Of a stretch of DNA of 64,000 nt, positions 30,557 to 39,454 are shown piece by piece. The stretch spans positions 3,819 through 67,818 of the IMG/VR virus record IMGVR_UViG_3300032301_000360. One strand, written 5' to 3'. The position numbers were made by a program, and so were the translations under genes. This stretch comes from a virus (taxonomy: Duplodnaviria; Caudoviricetes). How positions within the stretch are numbered: the first letter of the stretch is position 1; each line of letters begins with the position of its first letter. The notes below the pieces were generated by a model. That model searched no databases, was not told the DNA's origin, and saw nothing but the letters and a program-made list of their open reading frames with translations.

Positions 30557-31066
30557 TTGACTATTCACACTGTGGTCACTCAAACTGTGATCATGGAAAA
30601 AAGTCATTTATCATACTGCGACATTCACACACATGTGAAAATGTTGGCGTTAAAAATTCAGGCCAGTAACTGGATGCCCTCAGTTATTGTGGGAGTGAGC
30701 AGGGGTGGCATGTTGCCTGCCACATTACTCAGCCATTCATGGCGATTACCCATGAAGGCATTAAATGTGAGTTTGCGAGACAATGCTAAATTACAACCTG
30801 ACCATGCTGTCTGGTTGGAAGAACTAGTCCAGTCCGGTAAACGGGTACTGGTTATGGATGATATCAACGACAGCGGCGCCACCATCCATTGGATCAAACA
30901 AGATTGGCAAAATCGTGTTCCTTCTGCAAGCTTCTCTGACCATGTGCGTTTTGCAGTGTTATTAAACAAATCCACTAGTACTGAATCACCAGAATATGTG
31001 GCCAAGGAAATATCAACAGAAAAGCTGGAAACTTGGTGGATATTTCCTTGGGAACATCTGGAGTGA
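30557..31066 (+). CDS. type I phosphoribosyltransferase (xanthine/guanine PRT-like)
   Basis: IVGVSRGG and PRPP-binding VLVMDDINDSGAT, C-terminal WWIFPWE; ATG start may be at 30593. Confidence 0.85.
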   Translation: MTIHTVVTQTVIMEKSHLSYCDIHTHVKMLALKIQASNWMPSVIVGVSRGGMLPATLLSHSWRLPMKALNVSLRDNAKLQPDHAVWLEELVQSGKRVLVMDDINDSGATIHWIKQDWQNRVPSASFSDHVRFAVLLNKSTSTESPEYVAKEISTEKLETWWIFPWEHLE

Positions 31067-31107
31067 TCTTTCTACCACAGTGAAATGGGTGTGGCATGTT
31101 TTTTGGC

Positions 31108-31135
31108 TTGACATGAGTGCCACATGTGTTATCCT
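31108..31135 (+). promoter_or_regulatory. sigma70-type early promoter
   Basis: TTGACA-16 nt-TATCCT with extended TG; -35 flanked by the inverted repeat TGTGGCA/TGCCACA. Confidence 0.7.
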
Positions 31136-31161
31136 GCACTCATACAAACAGGAGTATGCCC

Positions 31162-31314
31162 ATGAGCCATGAAGATCAGCTGATTGACATGTGTGACTCC
31201 CTGAAAATTGCGCTGGATATCAACTACTTGCGCGGCACAGTCACAATGGGCCGCAAGAAGTTCCAGAGTGTGGAAGCCGCACTCACACATGTGCAACACA
31301 TGAAATCACGTTGA
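31162..31314 (+). CDS. small early hypothetical protein
   Basis: Own promoter and AGGAG SD. Confidence 0.6.
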   Translation: MSHEDQLIDMCDSLKIALDINYLRGTVTMGRKKFQSVEAALTHVQHMKSR

Positions 31315-31328
31315 CCTGAAAATAGGGG

Positions 31329-31356
31329 TTGACTACCTGAATGATCATGTTACACT
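31329..31356 (+). promoter_or_regulatory. sigma70-type early promoter
   Basis: TTGACT-16 nt-TACACT with extended TG. Confidence 0.7.
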
Positions 31357-31382
31357 GCAAATCCAAACAAGGAGCGTGCATC

Positions 31383-31574
31383 ATGTCCTACAAAATCCAG
31401 CTCAGCCCTGCCCAAATCCATGCCATCTGCGCTGCCCTGGAGCAGACGCCTCCTCAGCCCAATCCTGCGCATGATGAAAACACTCGCCAGGAAGTGGACA
31501 TGCTCTTGCATATGTTTCAAGCCACCCTTAAAGAGCCAGAAAGTGCCCACATGCTGCATGGGTTTACCCTGTAG
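31383..31574 (+). CDS. small early hypothetical protein
   Basis: Own promoter and AAGGAG SD. Confidence 0.65.
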   Translation: MSYKIQLSPAQIHAICAALEQTPPQPNPAHDENTRQEVDMLLHMFQATLKEPESAHMLHGFTL

Positions 31575-31641
31575 CATGCCTATTATTTGCGTATCCAAGC
31601 AAAATACAGCTTGGATACGCTATCCTAATCTCTAAAAAGTC

Positions 31642-31669
31642 TTGACTAGTCCGTGTAGTGTGTTATACT
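31642..31669 (+). promoter_or_regulatory. sigma70-type early promoter
   Basis: TTGACT-16 nt-TATACT with extended TG. Confidence 0.75.
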
Positions 31670-31693
31670 GCCCACATGAACAAGGAGAGCAAC

Positions 31694-32419
31694 ATGCAGA
31701 ACTGGTGTGTGGATCCTCAAGGTACTACGGCTGAACGAATGATAATGTCTTTGGCAGGGGTTTGTAACGGCGCTGCCACATGGGATGGCGCTGGGTTCAA
31801 CAAGCTGGATACGGCATTTGGCCACAGCCTGGCTGAACGTGCCCAGCAAGGGCGTGCTTGGACAGAGAAGCAAGCCAAGGTTGCACTGTCCTTAATTGCG
31901 AAATATCGCCGCCAACTTGGGGGCGAAGCTGTGATCCGCACCTGGATGGAACGCCCTGTGTTTGCCATGATGCCGTTGAGCGATGCAGAACGCAAGCAAA
32001 AGGCAGTGGGTTTACGCAAGGTCACCAGCGAGGACAAGACTGCTGTTTTCACTTTCCCCTACGATGCTGGACTGGTGGCCGCGCTCAAGGGACTCCGTGG
32101 GGAGCACAAGGGCCAAAAGTATTGGAGCAGCTGGGACGGCGCTCACAAGCGTTGGACCGTGCCGGTGAATGAATCCAGCATTCAGCAGATCATGACCTTG
32201 GCACGCGACTATGAGTTTGAAATCGAAGAACGTTTTGAAACCTATTACAGCCGGGTAATGGTCAAGCTGGAATCTGTGCAGGGGGCGGCTGAGGAGAGCC
32301 GGGTGGTCACCACCCTGGGTTACGAACAGGCAGTGGCAGTGAATGATGGCATGATCACCATCACACACACAGATGCCAGTGTGCTGGCTGAATTCCAGGA
32401 AGCTCTTGCCAAACTGTGA
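31694..32419 (+). CDS. HARP-domain protein (helicase partner)
   Basis: DGAGFNKLD...WTEKQ N-terminal module plus FTFPYDAGLVAALK...WDGAHKRWTVP HARP-like motif; AAGGAG SD. Confidence 0.65.
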   Translation: MQNWCVDPQGTTAERMIMSLAGVCNGAATWDGAGFNKLDTAFGHSLAERAQQGRAWTEKQAKVALSLIAKYRRQLGGEAVIRTWMERPVFAMMPLSDAERKQKAVGLRKVTSEDKTAVFTFPYDAGLVAALKGLRGEHKGQKYWSSWDGAHKRWTVPVNESSIQQIMTLARDYEFEIEERFETYYSRVMVKLESVQGAAEESRVVTTLGYEQAVAVNDGMITITHTDASVLAEFQEALAKL

Positions 32420-32420
32420 T

Positions 32421-32450
32421 AGTGTGGCAGAAATGCCACACTTTTCCTTT
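32421..32450 (+). terminator. intrinsic terminator
   Basis: AGTGTGGCA-GAAA-TGCCACACT 9-bp stem with GNRA loop, followed by TTTCCTTT. Confidence 0.8.
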
Positions 32451-32460
32451 GAAAAATTGG

Positions 32461-32489
32461 TTGACAGGGTCCACCACTAGTGCTATAGT
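32461..32489 (+). promoter_or_regulatory. sigma70-type early promoter
   Basis: TTGACA-17 nt-TATAGT with extended TG, before GAGGAG SD of the helicase. Confidence 0.8.
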
Positions 32490-32515
32490 GTGCTCACAAG
32501 ACGAGGAGACTGTGA

Positions 32516-34111
32516 ATGTTGGAATTTACTGCTAGCCCTGCTCGTGTTCGTGAAGCCACCAAGTTGGCCTATCGTTATGGCATCCAGATGAACCAGGGCG
32601 TGAGTGACTACTGGCGCAGCCTGCCTCGTGCTGCAACCATTCCTGGGTTTGCATTCACCCTCAAGCCCTACCAGGCTGAGGGTGTGGCCCACTTGGAAAA
32701 GTGGGACGGTAATGCACTGATTGGTGACGAGCCGGGACTTGGAAAAACCGCAACTGTGATGGCCTACGCCCACAAGCACCGTCGTTTCCCCATGCTGGCT
32801 GTGCTGCCCAAGACGCTGATCCTCAACTGGCGCCGTGAGCTCACGCTCATGCTAGGCACTCAGCTGAGTGTGCTGGTAGTGGGCTTTGTACCCAGCAAGC
32901 AGCGTCAGGCCCAGCTCAAGGCGCAGTATCCCCATGTCACGTTCAGCAAGATGCCGCTGCCAGGCTTTGACGTGACCCTGATCAACTATGACATAGTGGC
33001 CCGCAACCAACAGTGCCTGGAAGATGTGGGTTATGACTACGTGGTGGTGGACGAGAGCCACAAGGTAAAATCAATATCAGCGCAACGGACCAAGGCGATA
33101 ATTCGTCTTGTCACAGGCCGTGAAGAAGTCAAGGGCAAGCGGAACGAGTGGCGTGTGCTGCATGCAGGTGTTCGCAGTGTCACGTTCATGACTGGTACCC
33201 CTATCCTAGCCAAGCCAGTAGAGCTCTGGACCACCGTGAACACACTGGCTTCCTGGGTGCCCCAGTTCAACACTTTCTTCAAGTTCGCCAGCCAATATTG
33301 CAATGCCCATAAGACCCAGTTTGGTTGGGACTTCAATGGTGCCAGCAATGAAGCTGAACTGCATCGCCTGCTGACTGATACCATAATGATCCGGCGACGC
33401 AAGGATCAGGTGCTCCAGGAACTTCCTGCCAAGATGTATACCACTCTTCCACTCATGTTTGATCGTGCCGCCTACGATAAGGTGGCTCAGGCATTTGAGC
33501 ATACAATTGATTGGAAGGCTGGCATGGAGGCACTTGTGCGGCACGGTGGTAATGTGCCCAAGAGCGATGAGGCTATTGTGGCCATCCAAAAGCTGCGGGA
33601 AATCGCTGCCTATAGCAAGATTGATAGCGCAGTGGAGTGGATCTCCGACTTTGTGGAGGGCGGACAGAAGCTGGTGGTGTTTGCGCATCATCGCAACATG
33701 ATCCTCAAGATCAAGGCGGGCGTGGAAGCGCATCCTGACTTTGAGGGCAAGGTGGTCACCATCATGGGTGGTGTAAGCCTGGACGAGCGCAATGCTGCTG
33801 TGGAGAGCTTCCAGAACGATGCAGCTACCAAGCTGATCATCATCAGCCACAGTGCCGGAGGTTATGGTATCACTCTCACCGCTGCTAGCACGGTGGCATT
33901 TGTTGAGCTGCCCTGGGGGCCTGCTGATATGCAACAGTGTGAAGATCGTGTGCACCGCATTGGTCAAACTGCCGGCGTGAACGTGATTGTGCTGGCTGCT
34001 GAGGGTACAATTGAGGAGTCAATTGCAGACATGATCATGAGTAAGGCACAGATTGTGAATAATGTGGTGGATGGTGGTCAGGTTCCCAATAGTGTCACTA
34101 TTGGGATCTGA
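32516..34111 (+). CDS. SNF2-family (SMARCAL1/HARP-type) helicase-like ATPase
   Basis: GDEPGLGKT, VVDESH, MTGTP, LVVFAHH, QCEDRVHRIGQ. Confidence 0.9.
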   Translation: MLEFTASPARVREATKLAYRYGIQMNQGVSDYWRSLPRAATIPGFAFTLKPYQAEGVAHLEKWDGNALIGDEPGLGKTATVMAYAHKHRRFPMLAVLPKTLILNWRRELTLMLGTQLSVLVVGFVPSKQRQAQLKAQYPHVTFSKMPLPGFDVTLINYDIVARNQQCLEDVGYDYVVVDESHKVKSISAQRTKAIIRLVTGREEVKGKRNEWRVLHAGVRSVTFMTGTPILAKPVELWTTVNTLASWVPQFNTFFKFASQYCNAHKTQFGWDFNGASNEAELHRLLTDTIMIRRRKDQVLQELPAKMYTTLPLMFDRAAYDKVAQAFEHTIDWKAGMEALVRHGGNVPKSDEAIVAIQKLREIAAYSKIDSAVEWISDFVEGGQKLVVFAHHRNMILKIKAGVEAHPDFEGKVVTIMGGVSLDERNAAVESFQNDAATKLIIISHSAGGYGITLTAASTVAFVELPWGPADMQQCEDRVHRIGQTAGVNVIVLAAEGTIEESIADMIMSKAQIVNNVVDGGQVPNSVTIGI

Positions 34112-34118
34112 TTTTAGA

Positions 34119-34146
34119 TTGACATACTGTTCAAGCTAGCTATTAT
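34119..34146 (+). promoter_or_regulatory. sigma70-type early promoter
   Basis: TTGACA-16 nt-TATTAT. Confidence 0.65.
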
Positions 34147-34149
34147 GGA

Positions 34150-34371
34150 GTGATGAACATACATAATTCAACCATGATACAAGAGCTGCAACAACCCAGT
34201 GCGAAATGGAAGACTGATCAACTATTAAATCGTTTACTTGAGCAGGCCACACTAGAGGCTGAACGCATAATGGCAGAATACCAGCACCGTGTGGCTGTTG
34301 ACCCTCATACCCCACATCCTTTCCAAATTTTAGATCAACAAATGGACAACATATTGCGTGCTGTTAAATGA
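34150..34371 (+). CDS. small hypothetical protein
   Basis: 73-aa ORF directly after a promoter. Confidence 0.55.
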   Translation: MMNIHNSTMIQELQQPSAKWKTDQLLNRLLEQATLEAERIMAEYQHRVAVDPHTPHPFQILDQQMDNILRAVK

Positions 34372-34474
34372 AATGACACCACAAAGCGCATGTGAGGAAT
34401 TCCACCATGCCGTGAGATCAGTTTATGCTGGCATGGAGTTGAATTAACCACCTGTATTTGCATTAAATAGGATC

Positions 34475-35794
34475 ATGAGCCAGACCTTATCCAGATGTGC
34501 AAATGTGCAATTGAGTGTGAATTTACCCAAATTTGAATGTACTGACGACATCATGGGTAACTTTGGTAACCTGACAGATTTTGGCAGAGGATTAGGCAGC
34601 ATACCTGGTCAGCTGGGCAGCATTGTGGACTGTGTGACTGATGATCTACGGCAACAAATTGAAGAGGCTGTAGAGCCCTATTTGAAAACTACCAGAGCCA
34701 TAATGAAAGCTATCAATAAAACTGTGCCTGATCCAATATTTGATACAGTTGAGGCTCCAGAATTTGAATTTGAATTGAAAATTAGAGCTTTGTGGACAGA
34801 GTTCAAATTAGTCCTGTTTGACCTACTTATAAGCATATTAAAAAAAATTCTACCATTAGAGCTTATAGAGAGATTACTCAATATACCCATACCCTTCCTA
34901 CCAGAGCGCAAGGTAATAGATGTTTTATCAGCAGAGGGTAGAGGAAAAATAGCACAATCTGTGGCTGACAGAGTGGATGGTATTACGGAAGAATTAGGTA
35001 TGCCTTGGGATTTGACATTCACAGGAAAGTTAACGTTAAAGAGTAAAGACTTTGCAGCACAGAACATCCTTAACAGAATATATTCAGAAATCAGTAAGAT
35101 ACTCAGTCGTGGCATTTGGAATTTATTGAACTTGATTCCCAACATAAGTGAGGCAATAAAAAAGATTTGGCAAGCCCTAAAGTTACCTTTCCTGCCTGAC
35201 TTCTTTGAACTAGATTTTGAGGCACTTTTTGACAGCATTTGGGAAGGTGTGGTGGAGGAATTTGATAATGCTGTAGATCGAATGAAGGCAATGATTGAGC
35301 GCATTCTGGAATTCAATGTGTTGAACCTGCTCAAATCAATACTGGGTCCGTTTTGGGATGCCATAAAAAAACTTTGGACATTTGGTAGCACTGTGGGCGA
35401 AATGCTCAAGTTACAGGAAGAAGCCCCTCCCACTGAACCCCCCAACGAAAACGAAGAGGGAGGAGCAGAGGAATCTACTACACCTCCCAGAGAATGGAAT
35501 CTCACCCTACCTGAGATCAACTTCAGCAGGATCATGCAAGCAGTCCAGGATCTGTTTGACAGACTGCCCACCCTAATATTTGAGCTGTGGCTGCAATTGA
35601 TCAAGCCCTTCCTGGATGCAATCAAAAAGATCTTGGCTCCCATAGAAGAGTTGTTGAAGTTGATACCCTTCACATTCTGCTCATTCATCAATTTGGCAGC
35701 CAAACCCATATTGAGTCTGGGCAGCCTGGTGAGAGATATTCTGCCACCAGGCATCACCATCAACACTGTGAATCCTCCACCCTTATTGACCTAG
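34475..35794 (+). CDS. late amphipathic-helical hypothetical protein (probably virion-associated)
   Basis: TAAATA 5 nt before the ATG; Leu/Ile/Trp-rich helices; convergent with gp5. Confidence 0.7.
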   Translation: MSQTLSRCANVQLSVNLPKFECTDDIMGNFGNLTDFGRGLGSIPGQLGSIVDCVTDDLRQQIEEAVEPYLKTTRAIMKAINKTVPDPIFDTVEAPEFEFELKIRALWTEFKLVLFDLLISILKKILPLELIERLLNIPIPFLPERKVIDVLSAEGRGKIAQSVADRVDGITEELGMPWDLTFTGKLTLKSKDFAAQNILNRIYSEISKILSRGIWNLLNLIPNISEAIKKIWQALKLPFLPDFFELDFEALFDSIWEGVVEEFDNAVDRMKAMIERILEFNVLNLLKSILGPFWDAIKKLWTFGSTVGEMLKLQEEAPPTEPPNENEEGGAEESTTPPREWNLTLPEINFSRIMQAVQDLFDRLPTLIFELWLQLIKPFLDAIKKILAPIEELLKLIPFTFCSFINLAAKPILSLGSLVRDILPPGITINTVNPPPLLT

Positions 35795-35795
35795 A

Positions 35796-38700
35796 TCAAG
35801 TATCTTGTATTCGGACACCAAACCTGGTGTCCACATGCACAAATGTGGAATATTGGATGGTGTTCAAGTTCAGCTGACGAGCCACCTGTATCAATGCAGC
35901 AGGATTCACATTAGCTGTGCTGATGTCCAGTGCTTGTCCTTTAATGTGATAACTCTTTGTAGCTCCACCCACGCTGCTATTATATTCAGGTGATCTGTAT
36001 CCACTTATAACGGTCAAGGGGGTGTTCAATAACTGACCCAACTTATTTCCAGCTGTGAGAGTGTTGTCCAGGATCTTTTTATAACCATCTGGGTTGCTGG
36101 CATTGTTGACCACACTGTTTGCAAATCTCAAATATGGATACTTGCCCGGGTCCATGGCCACTGCCCCAGAAACATCGCCTCCCCCGCCGCCACGAGATCT
36201 CACACTAAGCGGCATCTCTGCTCTCACTTCTCCTGCAAACTTCATGGCGTTAGCTCTACGGCGACTGATCAAATCCAGTCTGACTTCCCCACAGGCTTCA
36301 CGCCATGCCATGATTTCCCTGGGCACATGATCATACTTTTTGTCAGTTATCAATTTGGGTATTTCGCTACTCTGGAACTTTTCTGCGCCAATGTTGAATG
36401 CAAAGTCCACCAACGCATCAAATTGCTGTTGTGTGATGGGGTTGGTTATGCTGGTCTTGATCAAACTCACAATGGGCTCCAGATCCTTCTTGAGCAGTGT
36501 TTCTGCCTGTGCAGGTGTGATGCCTGAGGCAATGGTGACAGATTCACTACCCACTTGAATCACACCTGCCTGCTTTTCTGCTTCTGAAATCACATGACCA
36601 TATCCAATCATGTTTTTACCTTCACAAACATTCTGAAACATCTGACCAGGTAGTTCGGAAGGTCTGGGTCCTGCCAAGGTTTCAAAGCTTTTGATATCAG
36701 TAAGACCTGAGTCACTCAATACATATTCTTGTGCAGGTTTGAATTCCCATCTGGGTGTGGGATCTTGCACATACACAGGCACACCCGCGTCAGTATATCT
36801 GACACCCACATATCTCTGTGGACGCTCATTTGTCACTGGCGGTGTGGCTGGAGTCTGTGGATTGGCAGGATTATTGTTTGGTTGAGCCACACTTGCCTGT
36901 CCAGCTGCCAATCCTCGTGCATATGTGGACGCAAATGATGCGCCTGTGCCTCTATTACTGGCTTCAATACCACCACTCAAACTGGTCCAAGTTTTACTAA
37001 GTGCCCTACTAACTTCTTGCAACTTTCCAGCTTGTAAGTCAGCTAGCAAATTACCACCTGTTCTGTCTGTGTAGTCCTGTTGAGCCAAGTACCAAGCTGC
37101 ACGATCTTGATTCATGGGACTAAAATCATTCAATCCATATTGAGATGCAATACGGTCCCAAGTGCCTTGGATAAACTGGTATCTACCAGCAGCAGAACTG
37201 GTTTTCCCAGCATTGGGCCCACTAACAATGGGCACATTTATTCTGGGATGATCTCTGAAATCAGTTATGGGATTATTTGCGGCGGATGTACCTCTAGCAT
37301 TGTTATAAATCACATTGTACCTGCTATCACTTTCAGGTTGTGCAATCGCATCCAGTAGTCCTCTGCCCTCTGGTGGTATCTGCAGATAGATTCCATTACG
37401 TTGATTACCACCGCCTGGCACTACCGCACTTGCAAACACGGTGGTGTTAGCACTACCCACACTGACCTCAGCCCCTTGTCCCACCCAGCCCATACACTGG
37501 AAGGGTGAACTTTGACCCACGTCAATAGCACCCACTCTGAGTTGTTCCACAATTGCAGCCTGTCTCACAATGGTGTTTGTGCCAGTGTATCCTGGACTTG
37601 CTATAAATCGAGCAGGAGCAGGTTCTGCACTGGGGGCATGACCCACAATGGTGTTAATGATTCGGGTTTGTGATCCGCCACCCACTCTGTTGTCTGTATC
37701 TTGTACTATTATGCCTATAACCGCAGGCTGTTGTGCCACAACACCCAGTTTGAACCGCTCTTCAGCTTGGTTGGCTCCCAGGGCTGCAGGCGCAAAGGCT
37801 GCGCCGCCTGCGGCAGGCACTACTCTGGCATTTATTATGCTTTTGGGTCCTATCACCACAATGGGCCCACCTTTGATGTTCACATTAGCTTCTTGGGCTT
37901 CCAGATTGAGTGTGCCTTTCTGGGCCCTCAGGTTGGCTTGATCACCAGCATCCAGGTTGAGTTTACCATCAGATTTAACATTGAGTGTTTGTGCGCTTTG
38001 TATGTTCACATCCTTGCCACTCTTTATGTTGAGATTTTGTTCTGCTTGTGTGAACAGAAACGACCCTGACTTGATGTGAAATGATCCATCCATGCTTTGT
38101 AATTTGAACTCATGGGTGGCAAATTGTTCTATGTTTTGCTTGGCTGTGATCTTCACATTATTCCAAGCCAACAAATTATAATCGCCACCAGCACGGTCAT
38201 AAATGTCAAAGTTGGCTTGGCGAAATATTCTGTTTGCGCATATATCAAACATGTGACCATTACTCACACGGTGAGTTTCACCTTCACTTGTATGAAACAT
38301 GCTGCCTTTACTGTACAAATTCATGGTGGCCACACTGCTTATTTTGGTATCGGCACCACTGCGCATGTTTAAATTGGAGCCAGCATTGATGTTCACATTA
38401 GCATCAGCATGTATGTTGAAGTCTCCTTTGCTTCTCATGCTGATGGCGCCTTCACCATAAACCTCTATGTTGCCAGAACCATGTAACTCTATTCTGCTTT
38501 TTCCTGTGCCTGTCATGATCACAATCACATCACGATCATTGTGCATGATGATCTGCTGATTGTTTTTGGTGGCCAGTCTGATCTGCGTGTCACCTGTTTG
38601 ATCGCTCATGACCAATCTGTTTGAACCAGGGGTGCTTATACCATACACATCATAACTGTTGTGCAGTCCCCATGTGCTGGGACCCAACACAGGCAGGTTG

Positions 38701-39434
38701 GCTGTGCCTGAAGCTGTTTGTGCTGCTGCCACTTGGGGCATGGGTCCACCAGCAGGGGATGGTGGTGCTGGGGTGCTGGTGCCCACTGCGGGTTGCTTGA
38801 CGGTGTCTTCGCCTTCTTTAGTATCAGTTGTAGGTTCAAAACGATACTGACTGCCACCTATGCCCTCTCCATAAGTTGCAGTTAAATTGGGATTGGCTAC
38901 ACCTGAACCTGGGCCAGGTGTTGTTGTGGGATTTTGGACTCCTGCTGTGGAATTTTGACCCAAGTTTGAAAGTGCTGTGGTGCGAGTGAGCCCAAACACA
39001 CTGACTTCGCCTTTGCTGGGACTATTTCCTGGGGAGCTCACAGCACTTCTGCGTCTGGTGCTCTGATACAAGTTCGCAAACCAGATGCCTCTGTTAGGAT
39101 CCCCATTTATGAACATGCACAGTACTTCATTGTCTATGTCCGGGGTGACAAATCTCATGCCATACGCTGTCTGTCCGCTGCTAGAATTAGGGGTCAGATT
39201 CCTCACTGGAGTAGCTCCACCAAAAGGTGTGGCATAGTCCACTATGATCCAATTTTCTCTACGATCAGGACCACATAGCTCTGGAATCCACACCAGCAGG
39301 CGATCCATGAAAGTTACGTCCTTATTATCCTTGACAAATCCGCAATAACATTTGTCCCATGTGGATCTTAATCCATCTACGTCCAGATTGTATTGTTTAG
39401 GTAGATGTGTACTCTGTTTGGATAATGTTACCAT
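35796..39434 (-). CDS. gp5: gp5-like baseplate hub/spike with three peptidoglycan-hydrolase domains
   Basis: OB-fold RLLVWIPEL...YATPFGG...[13 protein letters not shown]; beta-helix repeats; lambda-R-like (PES...SSAAGRYQF), T4/GH24-like (IGYGH...[15 protein letters not shown]) and peptidase M15 (SGYRS...[10 protein letters not shown]...FVHVD) domains. Confidence 0.85.
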   Translation of the reverse strand: MVTLSKQSTHLPKQYNLDVDGLRSTWDKCYCGFVKDNKDVTFMDRLLVWIPELCGPDRRENWIIVDYATPFGGATPVRNLTPNSSSGQTAYGMRFVTPDIDNEVLCMFINGDPNRGIWFANLYQSTRRRSAVSSPGNSPSKGEVSVFGLTRTTALSNLGQNSTAGVQNPTTTPGPGSGVANPNLTATYGEGIGGSQYRFEPTTDTKEGEDTVKQPAVGTSTPAPPSPAGGPMPQVAAAQTASGTANLPVLGPSTWGLHNSYDVYGISTPGSNRLVMSDQTGDTQIRLATKNNQQIIMHNDRDVIVIMTGTGKSRIELHGSGNIEVYGEGAISMRSKGDFNIHADANVNINAGSNLNMRSGADTKISSVATMNLYSKGSMFHTSEGETHRVSNGHMFDICANRIFRQANFDIYDRAGGDYNLLAWNNVKITAKQNIEQFATHEFKLQSMDGSFHIKSGSFLFTQAEQNLNIKSGKDVNIQSAQTLNVKSDGKLNLDAGDQANLRAQKGTLNLEAQEANVNIKGGPIVVIGPKSIINARVVPAAGGAAFAPAALGANQAEERFKLGVVAQQPAVIGIIVQDTDNRVGGGSQTRIINTIVGHAPSAEPAPARFIASPGYTGTNTIVRQAAIVEQLRVGAIDVGQSSPFQCMGWVGQGAEVSVGSANTTVFASAVVPGGGNQRNGIYLQIPPEGRGLLDAIAQPESDSRYNVIYNNARGTSAANNPITDFRDHPRINVPIVSGPNAGKTSSAAGRYQFIQGTWDRIASQYGLNDFSPMNQDRAAWYLAQQDYTDRTGGNLLADLQAGKLQEVSRALSKTWTSLSGGIEASNRGTGASFASTYARGLAAGQASVAQPNNNPANPQTPATPPVTNERPQRYVGVRYTDAGVPVYVQDPTPRWEFKPAQEYVLSDSGLTDIKSFETLAGPRPSELPGQMFQNVCEGKNMIGYGHVISEAEKQAGVIQVGSESVTIASGITPAQAETLLKKDLEPIVSLIKTSITNPITQQQFDALVDFAFNIGAEKFQSSEIPKLITDKKYDHVPREIMAWREACGEVRLDLISRRRANAMKFAGEVRAEMPLSVRSRGGGGGDVSGAVAMDPGKYPYLRFANSVVNNASNPDGYKKILDNTLTAGNKLGQLLNTPLTVISGYRSPEYNSSVGGATKSYHIKGQALDISTANVNPAALIQVARQLNLNTIQYSTFVHVDTRFGVRIQDT

Positions 39435-39454
39435 TTATGCTTCTCTATTCATGA

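Noticed and set aside
32852-33967. Minus-strand ORFs of 69-253 aa inside the helicase
   Set aside because: Antisense shadows expected in GC-rich coding sequence.
34678-35766. 362-aa minus-strand ORF
   Set aside because: Antisense shadow of 34475-35794, which has the late promoter and protein-like composition; the shadow is Ser-rich with no motifs.
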